A stretch of 64,000 bases of DNA, taken from the NCBI GenBank assembly GCA_013265495.1, contig MU058153.1, positions 994,001 through 1,058,000 of the forward strand, given 5' to 3'. A model generated the notes under the pieces. It had not been told where the DNA came from and did not search any database. It saw only the letters and a program-made list of their open reading frames with translations. Every line of letters begins with the position of its first letter. The first letter of the stretch is position 1. Origin of the DNA: Vicugna vicugna. Lineage: Eukaryota. Positions 51,201-64,000 of this stretch are shown one piece after another. The position numbers were made by a program, and so were the translations under genes.

Positions 51201-52269
51201 AAAAAAAAGCTTTGACCTCTTAATCTTTGCAAACATCTTGAAGAATATCTGAGAGATATATTCTAGGAATGAAGTTAGTTCAATGTCTTTTAGCATTCTA
51301 TAGTATATTGTCACTGCCAAATATCATATACTTTTTTTTTTGGCTCACAAGGGCTTTAAGAATAATAGAATCCCAAATCCTTCAGATTCTAAAATGAAAT
51401 TAGAAATTTCTTTAATTTTTTCCAGCTCCCTATATTTTTTTAAAGTATCATTTTTTTGTGGATGTTATGCCTGATTTTCTGATCTCCTTTCCATAGGTAG
51501 TTTGCTCTTATAAAGTTTTCAGTTTCCCTAAAGTTGTAATAAATTGGTTCTAATAATATTTTCAGAAATACCATAGCACTTAAATATACGGGCTTTTTCT
51601 TACTACCTAATGTGATAAAACTACCTGTTTCTCAAGTGATATATCCCTCCAAAACCATGTGTGCTGACTTATTTCCCTCAGAGTTTGTTAAGGATTCCAG
51701 ACTCTAATGTAATTCTTAATTGTTTCTTCTAGTGAACCCCAAGAAGATTGGATTTTACCATTTTCTGAATGAATTTAGATACATCTTAGGGGCTTGGGGG
51801 TCACCAAATTGATGGGGAATGGACATTTGAAGGGGCTAGGTCTTAATTTCTTGATCGCTAAACATCTGTAAGGTCAAATCTATTTTAAAAAATTTCCACT
51901 GGGTTAGTGGGCAAGGGCAAAGCCCAGCATTAGAGTTGAGATTTATGAAGTCTGGCCTAAAGGGTTGGACTTTATATTCTGTGCCTGAGACATAGGAGTC
52001 TTATCTTTAATTATTTGATTCATGAATAAGAAGAGATAGTGTATGATTCAGGAAATTCATAATTAATAAGTCAAGCTCAAATATCTCTTTGGCCAGACAT
52101 ACAGGCTAAATGAGCTCAATTAGTTCTATACCTTGGGTCCAAAATCAACTTCAACGTAGAAAATTGGACAGATTTAATACATATACATATATATATATAT
52201 ATATATTTCTGAAAATGTTATAAAGTTATATAGCAGAACTCCATAATAACACATTTTGTACCCCATGGC

Positions 52270-52480
52270 TGGTTTCAGAGCCACACAGAACTGGCTCAAA
52301 TCTTTATGCCAACAGTTACTAGCTGTGGAGCCTTGGGCAACATATATAGTCCTTCAAGAGTCCCTACCTTTAAAATGGGAATGAAAGTATTGAGCCCATG
52401 GTGGTTGATGAAAGGGTTAAGTGGGGGTGAGGATACCTTAATCTAATAATTGCTCAATTAATGGTTAAAATAATCTGTAA
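52270..52480 (+). mobile_element. MIR SINE
   Basis: ttactagctgtggagccttgggcaa...taaaatgggaatga. Confidence 0.7.
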
Positions 52481-54169
52481 ACAGTGGTAGTAGAACTAGA
52501 CAATGTGGTAGGTACTTTACATGACCTCATTTAACATTTGAAACAACCCTGGGAGTTAAGTATCTCCCATGCCTACTGAAAATCTTCATACTGTTATCTT
52601 CAAAGAGATTAAATAACCTGCTAGAATTTGAAATCCAGCAGTCATCACGGTGAAAGGGCTGGTGATGGGAAAGATGATGGTGCTGGCTGTGACTGTGAAG
52701 GTGATGGCTAGAACAGCAGTCAGACCAAATCCATCATTAAGTGTCTCCTCCTAGCAGGCCTTCTACGGATGCGTGACCTCCCACAGATCCTAGTCTCAAC
52801 ACGTAGGAGGAGAGCAAACAGTAATGACTGGTTGAGCTTGCTCTTGTGGGAGAAAAACCCACCACCCCTTCCAGCCAGGGGATCCCACGGATGAAGTCTG
52901 AGCTTGCTCTTGGTGTCACTTTCGCCTGTGGGCGACTGAAACTCAGTCAGGAAAGCAGATAGCAGAAGATGAGCTAGAGAGACCATCATCCAGAAGGAAA
53001 ATCAGGACGCAAACCTGTTGAGATTTTTGGCACAGGCTTGCGTCTCAGAGGCAACTGTTTACTCTTTGAGAGGGTTTCCATCGAATTGTCACCTCCTTCA
53101 GCAAGCTACAGTGTGAGTTAGCTGAAAGATGCCTTCTTTTCTGCCAGCACAGTGGGAGGCTCACACTTTTCTTTTGAAAATGATTGCATGAACTGTTCAG
53201 CATTTTTGACCTTAGATGATGTTTAGTCAGACTTTAACTTAACAACTTTTTTTTTTAATTTAATGGAAGAAACCCAATTATAGGAACTTCTATTGAGGGT
53301 AAGCCTTAAATGTTTCTTGTATTTTACTATTTTGCTTTTTCCGTAGACAGGATGTGTTCCCAGGATAGACGACTGATTGCTTGAGTTTTATAACTTCTTC
53401 ACAAAAAGTCAACTGAAACAGCTAGCAATGTTTTAGCGTTGAGTCAGAGGAAAGATCCATTCAGGAAATAACCAAGCTCCTTTCATTCAATTAAAACAAA
53501 CAAATCGGAAGAAAGGTGCTTAGAGTGAAGCCGCACTCAGTTATCCATAGTGTCACGAATGCTGATGATAATTCATAACCTAAGTCCCATTAGTTTCTTC
53601 TTCCAGATATTATAACAAAATCTAAAATCAAACGACAAAATCTGCGTCACGTCTACTGTGATTCCCAGAGGAAACATCGGACCAGACGGTGGGATACCTG
53701 GGTCCTTGCACTATTTTTTAAAATTAATTTTCTGAGTGAATTTATTCAAGTCATGTATTTTCTCTAAGTCTATTTATCTATCTGAAAATGGTGAGAACAG
53801 GCTTATATGCCTTCCACAGTCTCTTCTATCTCAAAATTCATCTACATTTCTATTTCTATGGAAATATATTCATTTCTTTCTTTGTCAAGAATATACTGAG
53901 AGACCATTTTATGCATAATATTTGGGTTCTACAGTGGCTACATAATGAGTGGTCTAAGAGACATTCCTTATTCTGGGGAAATTATAGGGCCTATAGGTCC
54001 TAAGACTGAAGTCATTTTCAGCATCTCTTGATACCAGTTATTTCCCTTTTCCCCTGTTTCACAACCAAGTCCACAGAAAACTGAAGGATCATTATAAAAC
54101 TACACACGGGGTGGGCTTATCCACATCTTGCTTGAATTGGGCACCATAATCCCCTGTAATAGTTTCTAT

Positions 54170-54700
54170 TATCCATTGATTCACTCAGTAAGTCTTGAAT
54201 GAACAGTTACTGTAAGATAAACATTGTGCTAAATGATGAGAATGTATTGCTGGGGCGGAAAAAAAAAGACCTTGAAGTTGCTCACAGACCGATTGGGAAG
54301 ACAGAGAACAACAGGAAAACAGAACATTAGCTCATAGTTAAATTTAAATTCCATAGATGTAAACAAACATGCAAAGCGGCAGAATTACATGAACGATGGG
54401 AATGAACTGTTTAGCTAGAACCATTAGTTCGGGGCTGTGAAAACTGAGATTTGAAGGCTGAGATAGAATCAGACATGAGAAGGGCAAAGAGGAGGATGGA
54501 GAAATCCACAGACGGGGACAACAGCCCACGGTGGGGTGGGAAAGGAGGCCCACGATGAGGTTGGAGAAGCAGGGAGGTGGAAGGCACAGGGCGGTGAAGA
54601 CTGTGGAAAGTTTTGATTTTTTTTTTTTCAAAGCACAGTGAGAAGTTGCTGGACAGTAAGTTGAATAATGATCTGCTCTCATGCTTTCAGAAAGCAAAAA
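54170..54700 (-). mobile_element. L2 LINE fragment
   Basis: ccattgattcactcagtaagtcttgaatgaac...cattgtgctaa...actgagatttgaaggctgag...ataatgatctg. Confidence 0.65.
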
Positions 54701-57700
54701 AGCCTTCTGTACTGTGGTGCTTGGGCCCGCCTGTCAGTTTGCCTTAGAGTTTTGACCATTTTATTGACAAGAAAACTAGAGTCATGGGAGTTTAACAGCC
54801 GGAAAGCGGGGCAAGCCAATGTATTAACCACTTTTCTTTTTGACTCAGAAGCCCTTTCTGCTGTGCTTCCCTGCCTGTCTGGAGTGTATCAATTTCATCA
54901 TAGGACGTATTTCTTATGAGATGCTCGAGAACACAGATTTTTTCCTATTGATAAAGTGTCACCAATGGGGGTCTAATTGCAAAGGGATGAGACAGTCAGG
55001 AGGAACCTCCAGAGGAATTCAAGAGGTAATATCTGTGCATTTGCAGAGAGGAGGGGATGTGACATGTCGGAGAGAACCTCATCTGGCCTCGGGGACTGGC
55101 CAGAGACAGGCAGGTAACGGGAGAGAGACAGAACGCAGGCTTTGTGGTGTGAGCACCCTGGCACATTGCGTTATGGAAGGCAAGGCCGGAAACGGGAAAC
55201 GGGAGTTGGGGAATCTGAAGCTGGGGTGATGATTGCTAGGCCGGGAGAGAAGGCAGAAAGGTCTGGACTGAGATTTTATTTTAAAGGGAAGTAGAAAGGA
55301 ATAAAAATGCATCGCATATGTTTGTCCTCTCTCGACAGCAGAAGGTCAGCTTCTTCTACATCTTCCTTAGTCCTTAGTCTTTTATTTTGGCCTTAATGAA
55401 TCTATAAAATATTTATGCAGCATTAGGCCTTGCAACAAATTCTAGTTTGCATTAAAATACATTGACTGAGACTAAAATACATCAGTAATAATTACTTTAG
55501 AATGAACATGTGTTTAAAATTATTTTTTTCAGAAGTAACATATGTGCATGATTACTATACAGTAATACTACTATAAAATACACAAAATTTAGAGTCTCTA
55601 AGTCAGAATCCTTCCCTGTCCACACATACATACATGTGTCTGCTCCATGGGAACAGCTGCTGTTAGCGATGTTTAAATATATCCATCTGTGAATTTTCTG
55701 TAGATGTAAAAACGTAGGCAGAAATTACATCTACACATGAATGTAACCAAGGTTTCCCGACAGTCTCCCCTGTGAGCTCAGTTTGAGTGGCAGTGCTGTC
55801 AGCGCTTCAAGCTTCCTTACTTCCTGATGTGGTCCTATTTTGCTGGTGACCCCAATCACCCTGTTCTACCGCTGTCAGGTGTCTGCCCAGCCATGCTCTC
55901 TGTGGCCACAATGGCACCAGTGTGGAAAAAAGAAGAATGAAGCTGTTGGAGGAGGTTAGCAAGAGTCAGATAAGATCAACTGCTCTTGCAACCCTGACCA
56001 TGTGAATGCTTTTCTTACACATTTCTGAATCACACCCTAAAGATCTCTGTGGACGACAGCGTCCCGTGGGCTTCTTCACCGAATGTGACTGTGGAGAGGA
56101 ATGAGTTCCCTTTAGACAGGGTCAGATCCCTCTCTTGCTATAATTAATAGTCTCATCTCCTGTGGCCAAGTGTCCCTTTCAAGCAGCCGGAGCTGCAGAT
56201 TTAAATTCTTTAATTTAAACTGAAATGAATCCCCCTGGCCTCACTTGAGACATCACCCATGAAAATATGATTATGCGCCTTTGCTCATGAAAAGCACCTA
56301 TACCTCATACTATAAATCATGGAGGCTTTATTTTATGAATTAAACATGAGGCTTTTTCTTTATGATCGAACTATTCCTTTAGTGGAAAAATGGGACGATG
56401 CTAATTCTATACTGTTCTGAGATCTTTATCAAATAACATGAAATGATCACTCCCTTTTCCCTAAGTGTAGGTCATACGTGAATTTCAGTTCCCTAGAAGG
56501 TGAGGATGAATTGATCCCTGACCTGCCAGTGCCACGCCCCTTCCCCCTTATCTAGACTCCTTGGTACATAATCCCTGTGAGTCACCTGGACCCTTAGGCA
56601 TTCTCTGGTACTGCTAACAATCTTTTCCTGAACCTCTGTCTCTTAAGCAACCTGAATGCAAAAATCAAGTCTACTAAAATTTCAAGTATTTTTTCCAGAA
56701 GATGATGATGACTGTACAACAGGAATCAAACCATAAATGTTTTGGTTTTGTCCTTCTTGCATGTCCTTGGTAGCTTTGGCAAGCCAGCGGGATGCACGAT
56801 CCTTTCTGATGGTCCAAACTTGGCTTCCCTAGGGTGAAACAAAGGAAACAAGTCTGTGTTTGAAAGATTCAAATGGAGGTTATGGTTATAAGACAGTAGA
56901 ATAATGAAGAGCGCCTGGATTTTGTAATTCAGGTGTGTGATCTTTCGTGAGATGAGGAGACGAAGTAGCTTTACAACTGATGGGGAAAGGAGATGAAAGC
57001 CAGAAAACGGGAGGGGGAAGGGGAAAAAGAAGCGGATTTTGTGAGAAAACGAAGTGGACAAGCGTCAAAGAGGAGGGGAAGCAGGACAGAGAGCAGAAAG
57101 GACAGGGTTGAAATCAGAGGCGGGGATTCACCAAGAGCAAACCGTCCACTTCACAGTATGGCCTCGGAACTCCAGAAATTCATCAGATTAAAGTTGCTTT
57201 TTTTTTTAATTAAGCAAAGGGAGGCAGATCATTTTTCAAAAGAAATTTTGATTCCCATTCCAATCTAAGTATGATCTCATTAGCCATTTTGAATAGGATT
57301 ATCTTCACTGTTGCAAGGGAAGATTTTAAAGGCCACAGTGTGTCCACAAGGCTCTACCATAGACACCAAGAATTGTGGTTTAAAGGGAGATAACGATTCC
57401 TAAATGACGGTGTACATGTATAATTTCTTACTGCAAATGTTCTCCCCTAATTCTCTGTTGCAGGATGGGGAGCAGTATACAGACGTGGCAGTTGCACAGA
57501 CAAACATCATTTTGCTCCTTGTAATTACTGCAGCCAGTCTCGGTATATTCTCAGTAGTCGGATTTTTCGCTCCCCTCAGTAATATTCAGGACAGATGGAA
57601 TTGAATTGCTCATTCTGTGCCTCTTTGGAATATTGCAGACCTCACATTAATGTTGTTAAGTATGACTCCAAGATCTAATGAGTGCAGAAGTTTACTGGAG

Positions 57701-58746
57701 AAAAGATTAGGTTTCTTATGGTCACTTTTCCAACTTTCACCATCTTTTTTTTGTTAACTTTATTGTCTGATACTGAACCATTGCCCTTTATCTTCTTTCC
57801 CTTAGAAGATTAGAATTAAAAATATTTATGGTGTGCCGTAATGCATTCTCTTCTAGGCAAAACGTTGCCAATTGGTGTTTTTCTCCTCTTTTTCAAAAGA
57901 TGATTACATGTTCACAATTCACAAGGTATTGTACACATTTCAGCAGGAAATTGTAAGCCTTTATCTTTTGACAGCAAGAAGGAATTACTGCCCTTTTTCA
58001 AAATAGCCTCCCCATTTTGTCCAAATAAATGATTCATGCTGGAGACTTCATGATGTCTTTTGTTGGTTTCTGTGAATTTCAACACAGGCAGTCAAAAGGG
58101 GAAAAGAGGTTACGCATTTCTGAAAATTTCAGAAAATTATAGGTTTTATATGGGAAGGAGGATGCATTCCAATATCTTTAGTCCTGGTTTCTTCATCCTC
58201 CTGTGCTTTTTTAATACAAAGCTTAGAGCAAGGAAGAGAAGATAAATGACAGAGTAGGGACTGAATATTTTTCCTTCTCTCTCCAAGGACTGTTCAGTGC
58301 CTAGATTCCTTATCCTCCTGGGAGTAAAAAAGTAAGGGATGGCTGCAGCCATGCTGGCTAACACTTATCACTGGTGTTAGAGAACGCCTCCATATTCAAA
58401 AGTAATAGTTGTCTTTGCTTGTTTGACTTCCTCCAGATGCTTCTGAAAATATTTTTTAGTTAAAAAATTTTTTTAAAAAACCCACTATTGTTAAATGTGT
58501 GCAGTAACATTATATTTGGTGCCGTCTTACCTGGAGTTCACTTAAACGCTTTCAGGTCTTGGAAATACATAGTTAGCAGGTGTCTTAAACATCCTCTAAT
58601 CTCAGTAACGGTTGTACATTTGCGTATAGCACATTCCTCTGGAGCCCCTGCTAGAGGAGAAGTAAGCAGTGGTTAAAGGTTTGTAATATTTTTACTGAAG
58701 ACCGAATCCTGGCACTTTGCTTCTACCTCTCATTTGCCCAGGGCCC

Positions 58747-58942
58747 CGGGGTTTCTCAGCCTCAATACCTCTGACATTTGGGGATGGGTAATTGTTTGGA
58801 GGGTTGTCTTCTACATTGTAGGAGGTTTAGCAGCATCCGTGGCATCTACACATACGATGCCTACAGCACTCCTCTCATTTGTGACAAATGCAAATGTCTA
58901 TAAACATTGCCAGCTGACCCCTGGGGACAAAATCACTGCCAG
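58747..58942 (-). mobile_element. MER20 hAT DNA transposon
   Basis: ggggtttctcagcctc...gacatttgggg...cattgtaggaggtttagcagcatccgtggc...aaatgtctataaacattgcca...cccctggggacaaaatcac. Confidence 0.9.
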
Positions 58943-60739
58943 CCCGTGCACACCTATCTATGTACATACTTGAAATTCTTTGAAAATGATTACAGGGGTT
59001 TCTCCCATGTCTTCCACAGTATCTGAAGAATGCAGGAACTTGTGAAGTATACAGGGTCTACATACAGGTCTTCTTTTGCCTAATCTGAACAGATAAATTG
59101 CTGAGCTGTTGTACATTTTACACGTACACACGTTCGTACACACACGGACACACACCCCCACACATATGCCTCAAGACTTGTAAATCACAATGTCTGTTCT
59201 ACATCAGCTGTAGTAAACAGAGTAGTGGTTTTGGTTATATTACGAGGCATTGAAGTCACCCTTGCATTTTCAGAGATAACAGTACACATCTCCATAGCTT
59301 ATGTAACTTGGAAGCCAGGTGTGTTCATAGCAACTCAGCACTATATTTAGACAGAATCTAGTTTTAAATTTCCTCTGCTACTTAGTTGTCGTTCAGTCCT
59401 GCCAGAACCTCGTCTGTAAAACTCTGCCAATAACAATGGCGGCAACATAATAATACTGCTGTCACTACCACTGCTACTCCTGTTACTAATGTGATCAGAT
59501 GGTTGAAAGGACAGAATGGGAAATGTGTGTGAAAGTATACAGCGCAGTGACTGACACCTCAACTGAACTAAAAAAAAAGAAATTACCTTCAACTGTTTAA
59601 ATTATGAAGTGTTAAGTGTTATAAAGGTATAATTCTCCTACTCCTCAGACCTCTTCATCAAGCATATATTTTGAAGAGTCTTTGGGATGGAATGGAAAAG
59701 GCTTAAAGCTCTGGGACTTCAAAAGACTTCAAAAGACCTGGGACTGACTTCTAGCTCTGATTCTTATTTGATGCAGGAATCTTAAAAATTGTTAACTTCT
59801 TAGAAGCTCCGTTTTCTTGAAAAGATGGAAAAAAAACACATACATTTAAAAATACTTATAAATTCTGAAGCATGGCAGAAATGCACGATTCTTTTTTTTG
59901 TGTGTGATTGGTAAATAATCCAGGAAGACAAGCAAGTAGAAAGATTTGCCCCCACTGAGTACTGCGTTCCTGCGAATGCCAAGTAATTTATAAACTTGTA
60001 AGCCCAGGGAGGGCTTCAGAGATCCTGGGGATGCCTGTAATCACAACGCAGAGGCTGTGAATGAGTTGGAATCTTCCAGGGTCAGAACAAAGCCGCTCAA
60101 AGGGTCAGCCCTGCAGAAAAAGGGCAAGATAATGGTTCATTTCTCTGTGTGATTGGCAGCAACCTTCAAATCTGAGTTGCTCAAGCAGGTCCCTGCTTCC
60201 CTGTCGGGAGGCACAGCCAAGCATCAGAATCCTCATATTTATTCTCTTGTCACCTCCCTACAACTCTATAAATAGCGGTTCCCCCCACCACCTGTCATAG
60301 TCTCCTTCGTGGCTTTCTGGACCTAGAAAGGAACCATTCCTTTTAAAATAAAAAAGGTTAATGGGTTTTTCCTGAGCATTTGCTCAGGAAGAGGTGGACA
60401 GAGGAGGATGCTTTTTCAATATGGTTTTAAGACATTTATGAAGGGCAGTGTTGAGACTTTCAAGAATCCATGACCTCTTGGATGGAGCACATTATTGCTT
60501 TTCTTTATATGCTGACTTTAATATCTCTGCCAGGGTGGGAGCAATGTCATAAGCACTGCTCTTGGCATCTGTCCAGCTTCCTTTCAGCTCATAGCAAACA
60601 TCTGCTATGACCCCCTGCCCAGAGGCCCACATGCGAAGCACAGTGCTTTTATGGGACCCACGGTAAGAATTACTGGCATGGAAAATTGCTTCCTTAATCA
60701 TCAATTCTGATAAGAAAACTGATGCCATAAGGTTTTCTT

Positions 60740-62290
60740 TTAAAAATAAATTATGATTTTTAACACTGAGTAGGTATAAAGGGATATTTATAATATACAT
60801 AAAATATGAATAATCACAGTACTACAAAAGCTCATGTGTCTACCACACGGCCCTTAAGGGCCTTGTCCATGGTTCTGGACATGGTTACATCCTCCCCCTA
60901 CACAGATAACTGCTCTACTAAATTTTGCGTTTATCATTCCGTTTCTTTCTTTTTAAGCTGTTAATGCATGTGTGTGGATGTCCTTTGCCTTTTTGCATAC
61001 TTTTGCATAATTTTATAAAAATAGGCCTATACTCTGTGATTTCTTCTGGTAGGTGTCCTTTTAGATCACTCTTAATGTTCCTGAAATGCATGCATATTGC
61101 CATTCATTTATTTTCCCCGTTGTATGAGTCCACCCTACTCTTGATGGATCTGTAGCGTTTCTAGTTCTTGTGACTGACTATAAGTTGTGCCTACGAACAT
61201 TTCTTGTCAGTGACACCCACTGCTTACACATAGTTTCCTAGGCTGTGGACCTAGGAGTGCATTTATTGTGTCATGTGGTGGCTGCACATTCAGTTATTAG
61301 ATAGCATCTAATGTCTCTCCCCAGGAAAGGGGTTGGTTTTCATCCCAACTACTGGGGCAGTTGTTGCTCCTGCTCTTCTTATACCCCCACCAATATTTGC
61401 TGTCATCTGGCTTTTAAAAATAATTTACCATACTCTGGGTTCTCTTTAGATCGTATAAATCCTTTTAAAAATAACTTGCCAATCTGACAACCTGAAATGG
61501 CATCTTCCCGAGGTTGTGGATTATAATTCCATGATTACGAACGAATGAACACTCTTTGTTTAAGCTTGTTGATGATTTGGTTTCCCTTTTCTGTGAAGAG
61601 CCTATTCTGCACTTTTGCCCCTTTTCCAACTTGGAGTCTGTTTCATATTCAACTGTAGCACTCTTTATGTATTTTGGAAAATAATTTTTGAGAGCAATAT
61701 ATGTTCCTTGTCTAAATTTGTAGCTAATTTTTTTCACTCTGTTTTGGTACCTTGGATAAATAGGTTATCATTATTTTAATATAGTTGATTTTATCCATTT
61801 TCCCACTGAGGGTTTGTGCTGTATGTGCACATGTGTGTCGTAAGAAAAGCTTTCCTGCCTCGGTCATGCAGTATTCTCCTATAACATCCTCTAAACATTT
61901 ATGGTGTGTTCTTCAAATGTCCATCTTCCAGCCATGTGGAATTGCTTTTGTCTATCGCATAAGGTAGTGGCAGAGTATTATTATTTCCATATGAAGAAAT
62001 AATTTTTCCAGAAACCTCTGCTGAAAATTTTCACTTCTCCCACTGAAAAATACCACCGGTCATAATCAATCGAGTTTCCTTAAATACATGTGTCCCTTTC
62101 AGGTCTCTCTTTACTGTTCCTTGGATCATTTTTTATAATTTCCTACTGGTACTATTTACTCACTACAGCTTTGTAATAATCACTGATACCAGTCCCTCCC
62201 CACGTCAACTTGTTTTTTTAGAAAGTGCAATTCTTTTCGATCTTTTGCTCTTCTATAAGAACTTGAGAATCAGCTTGGCAAATCCCACGA
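60740..62290 (-). mobile_element. ancient L1 3' region (L1ME-like)
   Basis: cagataactgct...tttatcattcc, tttcctaggctgtggacctaggagtg, cttgccaatctgaca, tcccttttctgtgaagagcctattc, tgagaatcagcttggcaaat. Confidence 0.85.
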
Positions 62291-62307
62291 TATAAAACAA
62301 AGATGAT

Positions 62308-62455
62308 ATCTATCACTTCGCTTTTGCTGTGTAACTAACAACCTGAGACTACTGCTTTACAACAACCATTTATTTAGCTCCCAGTTCTGTGGTTTGCCAA
62401 AGTGGACTGAACTCAGTTGGATTGTCCTCCTGATCTGAGCCAGGACTGGCTGCTG
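62308..62455 (-). mobile_element. MLT1-type LTR fragment
   Basis: ttttgctgtgtaactaacaacc...acaacaaccatttatttagctcccagttctgtgg. Confidence 0.7.
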
Positions 62456-62510
62456 TTAGATAATTAGGATGTAATTATATAGGTGTTATTACCAGATGCA
62501 GGATTAAATC

Positions 62511-63052
62511 TGTAGCAAATGTTTATTATTGCATAAGAATCCACTGTAAAACATAAGAGGCTTAAGAGTAATACACATTTGCTTCCTTGCTTAACATTAT
62601 GGTCAGAAATTTGGAAGTGTCTTAGGTGGGTGGTTCTGGCTTGGAAATCTCAATGAGGTTGCCGTCAAGGTGTTGCTAGGTTGCTGTCATCTGAATGCAC
62701 GACTGGAGCAGCAATATCTCTGTCCGTGGTGGTTCACTCACATGGCTGGCAAGGTGGTGCTGGCTGTTGGACACCTGAGTTCTGCTTCTCATGGTTCTTC
62801 CCATAGGGCTTCATCGCTGTCCTCACGATACACATGCCTCACAGGCATCTGGCTTCCCCTGCACCTTCATCTGAGAGAGCAGAGTAAAAACTTGACCATC
62901 TTTTATGAAAGCCATGAAGTTACACTTTGTCATCTCCACAATATCCTACAGGCATCCTTATTCCATAGAGAAGAAGAATGAAGGGGAACATGAATACTAG
63001 GAGGCTAGAGGGTGAGAATCACCCAGAGCAATCCTGGAGACTGTTTTCTACA
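62511..63052 (-). mobile_element. MLT1F/G-type MaLR solo LTR
   Basis: TG...CA termini; ggtcagaaatttgg...ggtgggtggttctggcttgg...atgaggttgccgtcaag...cactcacatggctggcaaggtggtgctggctgttgg. Confidence 0.85.
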
Positions 63053-63249
63053 GTCAACTTTTGATTGAAACATAGATTGCAGTACATCTACATATTGTTG
63101 CAAACAGCAACTCTTTGGATTTTAAAATGCAGATATTGTTAAAGGCAGATTTATATCAGGGAGGAGGGAAGAATCCAAAAACTAGGTTTATATTTTTAAA
63201 TGTCTTACTCAGATTGTGGTTTAAAAATAGTCCCCATTATGCAGTAATT

Positions 63250-63430
63250 TCTCAGTAAAGAATTATTGACATGTTATGTATTTTAATCCTCATAACTACC
63301 TTCCTCCTTTGTAAGTAGATACGAATATTTTCATTTCAAAGTCGAAGAGACAAATTCAGAGTGCCCATGCAACTTGTTCAAATGTACATGACCACAAAGT
63401 GGCAGAGATATGCTTCTAAAACTGGGATAT
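63250..63430 (-). mobile_element. MIR SINE
   Basis: tttaatcctcataactacc...tgtaagtagat...caacttgttcaa...aagtggcagag. Confidence 0.65.
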
Positions 63431-64000
63431 TAGCCTCAAATCTCATGCACCTTCCAGATAGCCACTTGCCCAGTTGATATGTGGAAGAAGTTTCTTAATT
63501 TTCCCAGATGAAAGTGTTGGGAGTCTTTAGGTATAAATTTTCTAAAGGGCATGCTTATTTGTTCTGTCCAAATTTCAAAAAAGTGACAGAACTTGCAGAA
63601 ATGGGTTAGAGTCATTCTGTTAAGAACTGTCTCCTCCCTCAACAGCACCAGAAGAAATTTATTTAGATCAGAACTGTAAAAAGAAATAGCAAAAAGTTCC
63701 ACTGAAATGAAAATAACTTCAGGATGGGATGCTATTTTTTCACTACATGTGTTTTCAAATATATCAGATACGTACACTATGTATGGCTCTAGTGTAGTGA
63801 GTTTATGCTACAAATAGTATCTTTCTTTTAAGGGAGTCATGAGATGGTGTCCTAGTCTTGCTATGCCTGCTCTTCCTTCTTTAAAGGTTTGCTTTTATTT
63901 TCTACACTGATTCACACTATATTGGTAAATTCTTCATATTAAGGTGAATGCAATGTTAATTACACAGGTGGGCTACTACTGAGACATGAAACACCCCTAT

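Noticed and set aside
52720..52989. 89-aa minus-strand ORF with a hydrophobic N-terminus and Arg-rich end
   Set aside because: No recognisable homology and no supporting exon chain; such ORFs are expected by chance in 64 kb.
1..64000. Host gene identity or a novel multi-gene system
   Set aside because: I found no recognisable exon, CpG-island promoter or intact retroelement ORF; the locus cannot be named without a genome search.

Overview
This is AT-rich mammalian non-coding DNA (intergenic or deep intronic). I could not support any protein-coding exon, RNA gene, CRISPR array or prokaryotic system. None of the ORFs in the track resembles a protein I recognise, and the longest lie in old repeats. 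A tRNA-derived SINE at 32906-33042 resembles the camelid Vic-1 family, and I saw no Alu, B1, BovA or Can-SINE copies, so the source is probably a camelid. A large part of the window is ancient eutherian repeats: L2, MIR, L1M, MLT1/MLT2 LTRs, MER20, MER58 and MADE2. The clearest structure is a 568-bp MER41-like ERV1 solo LTR with an exact 4-bp TSD, nested in an MLT1 LTR and carrying decayed tandem GAS (STAT1) sites. Several unique-sequence stretches hold dense TF-motif clusters that are candidate enhancers. Repeat families were called by eye from remembered consensus sequences, so subfamily names are tentative and boundaries are approximate unless termini or TSDs are quoted. I found no convincing novel biological system.
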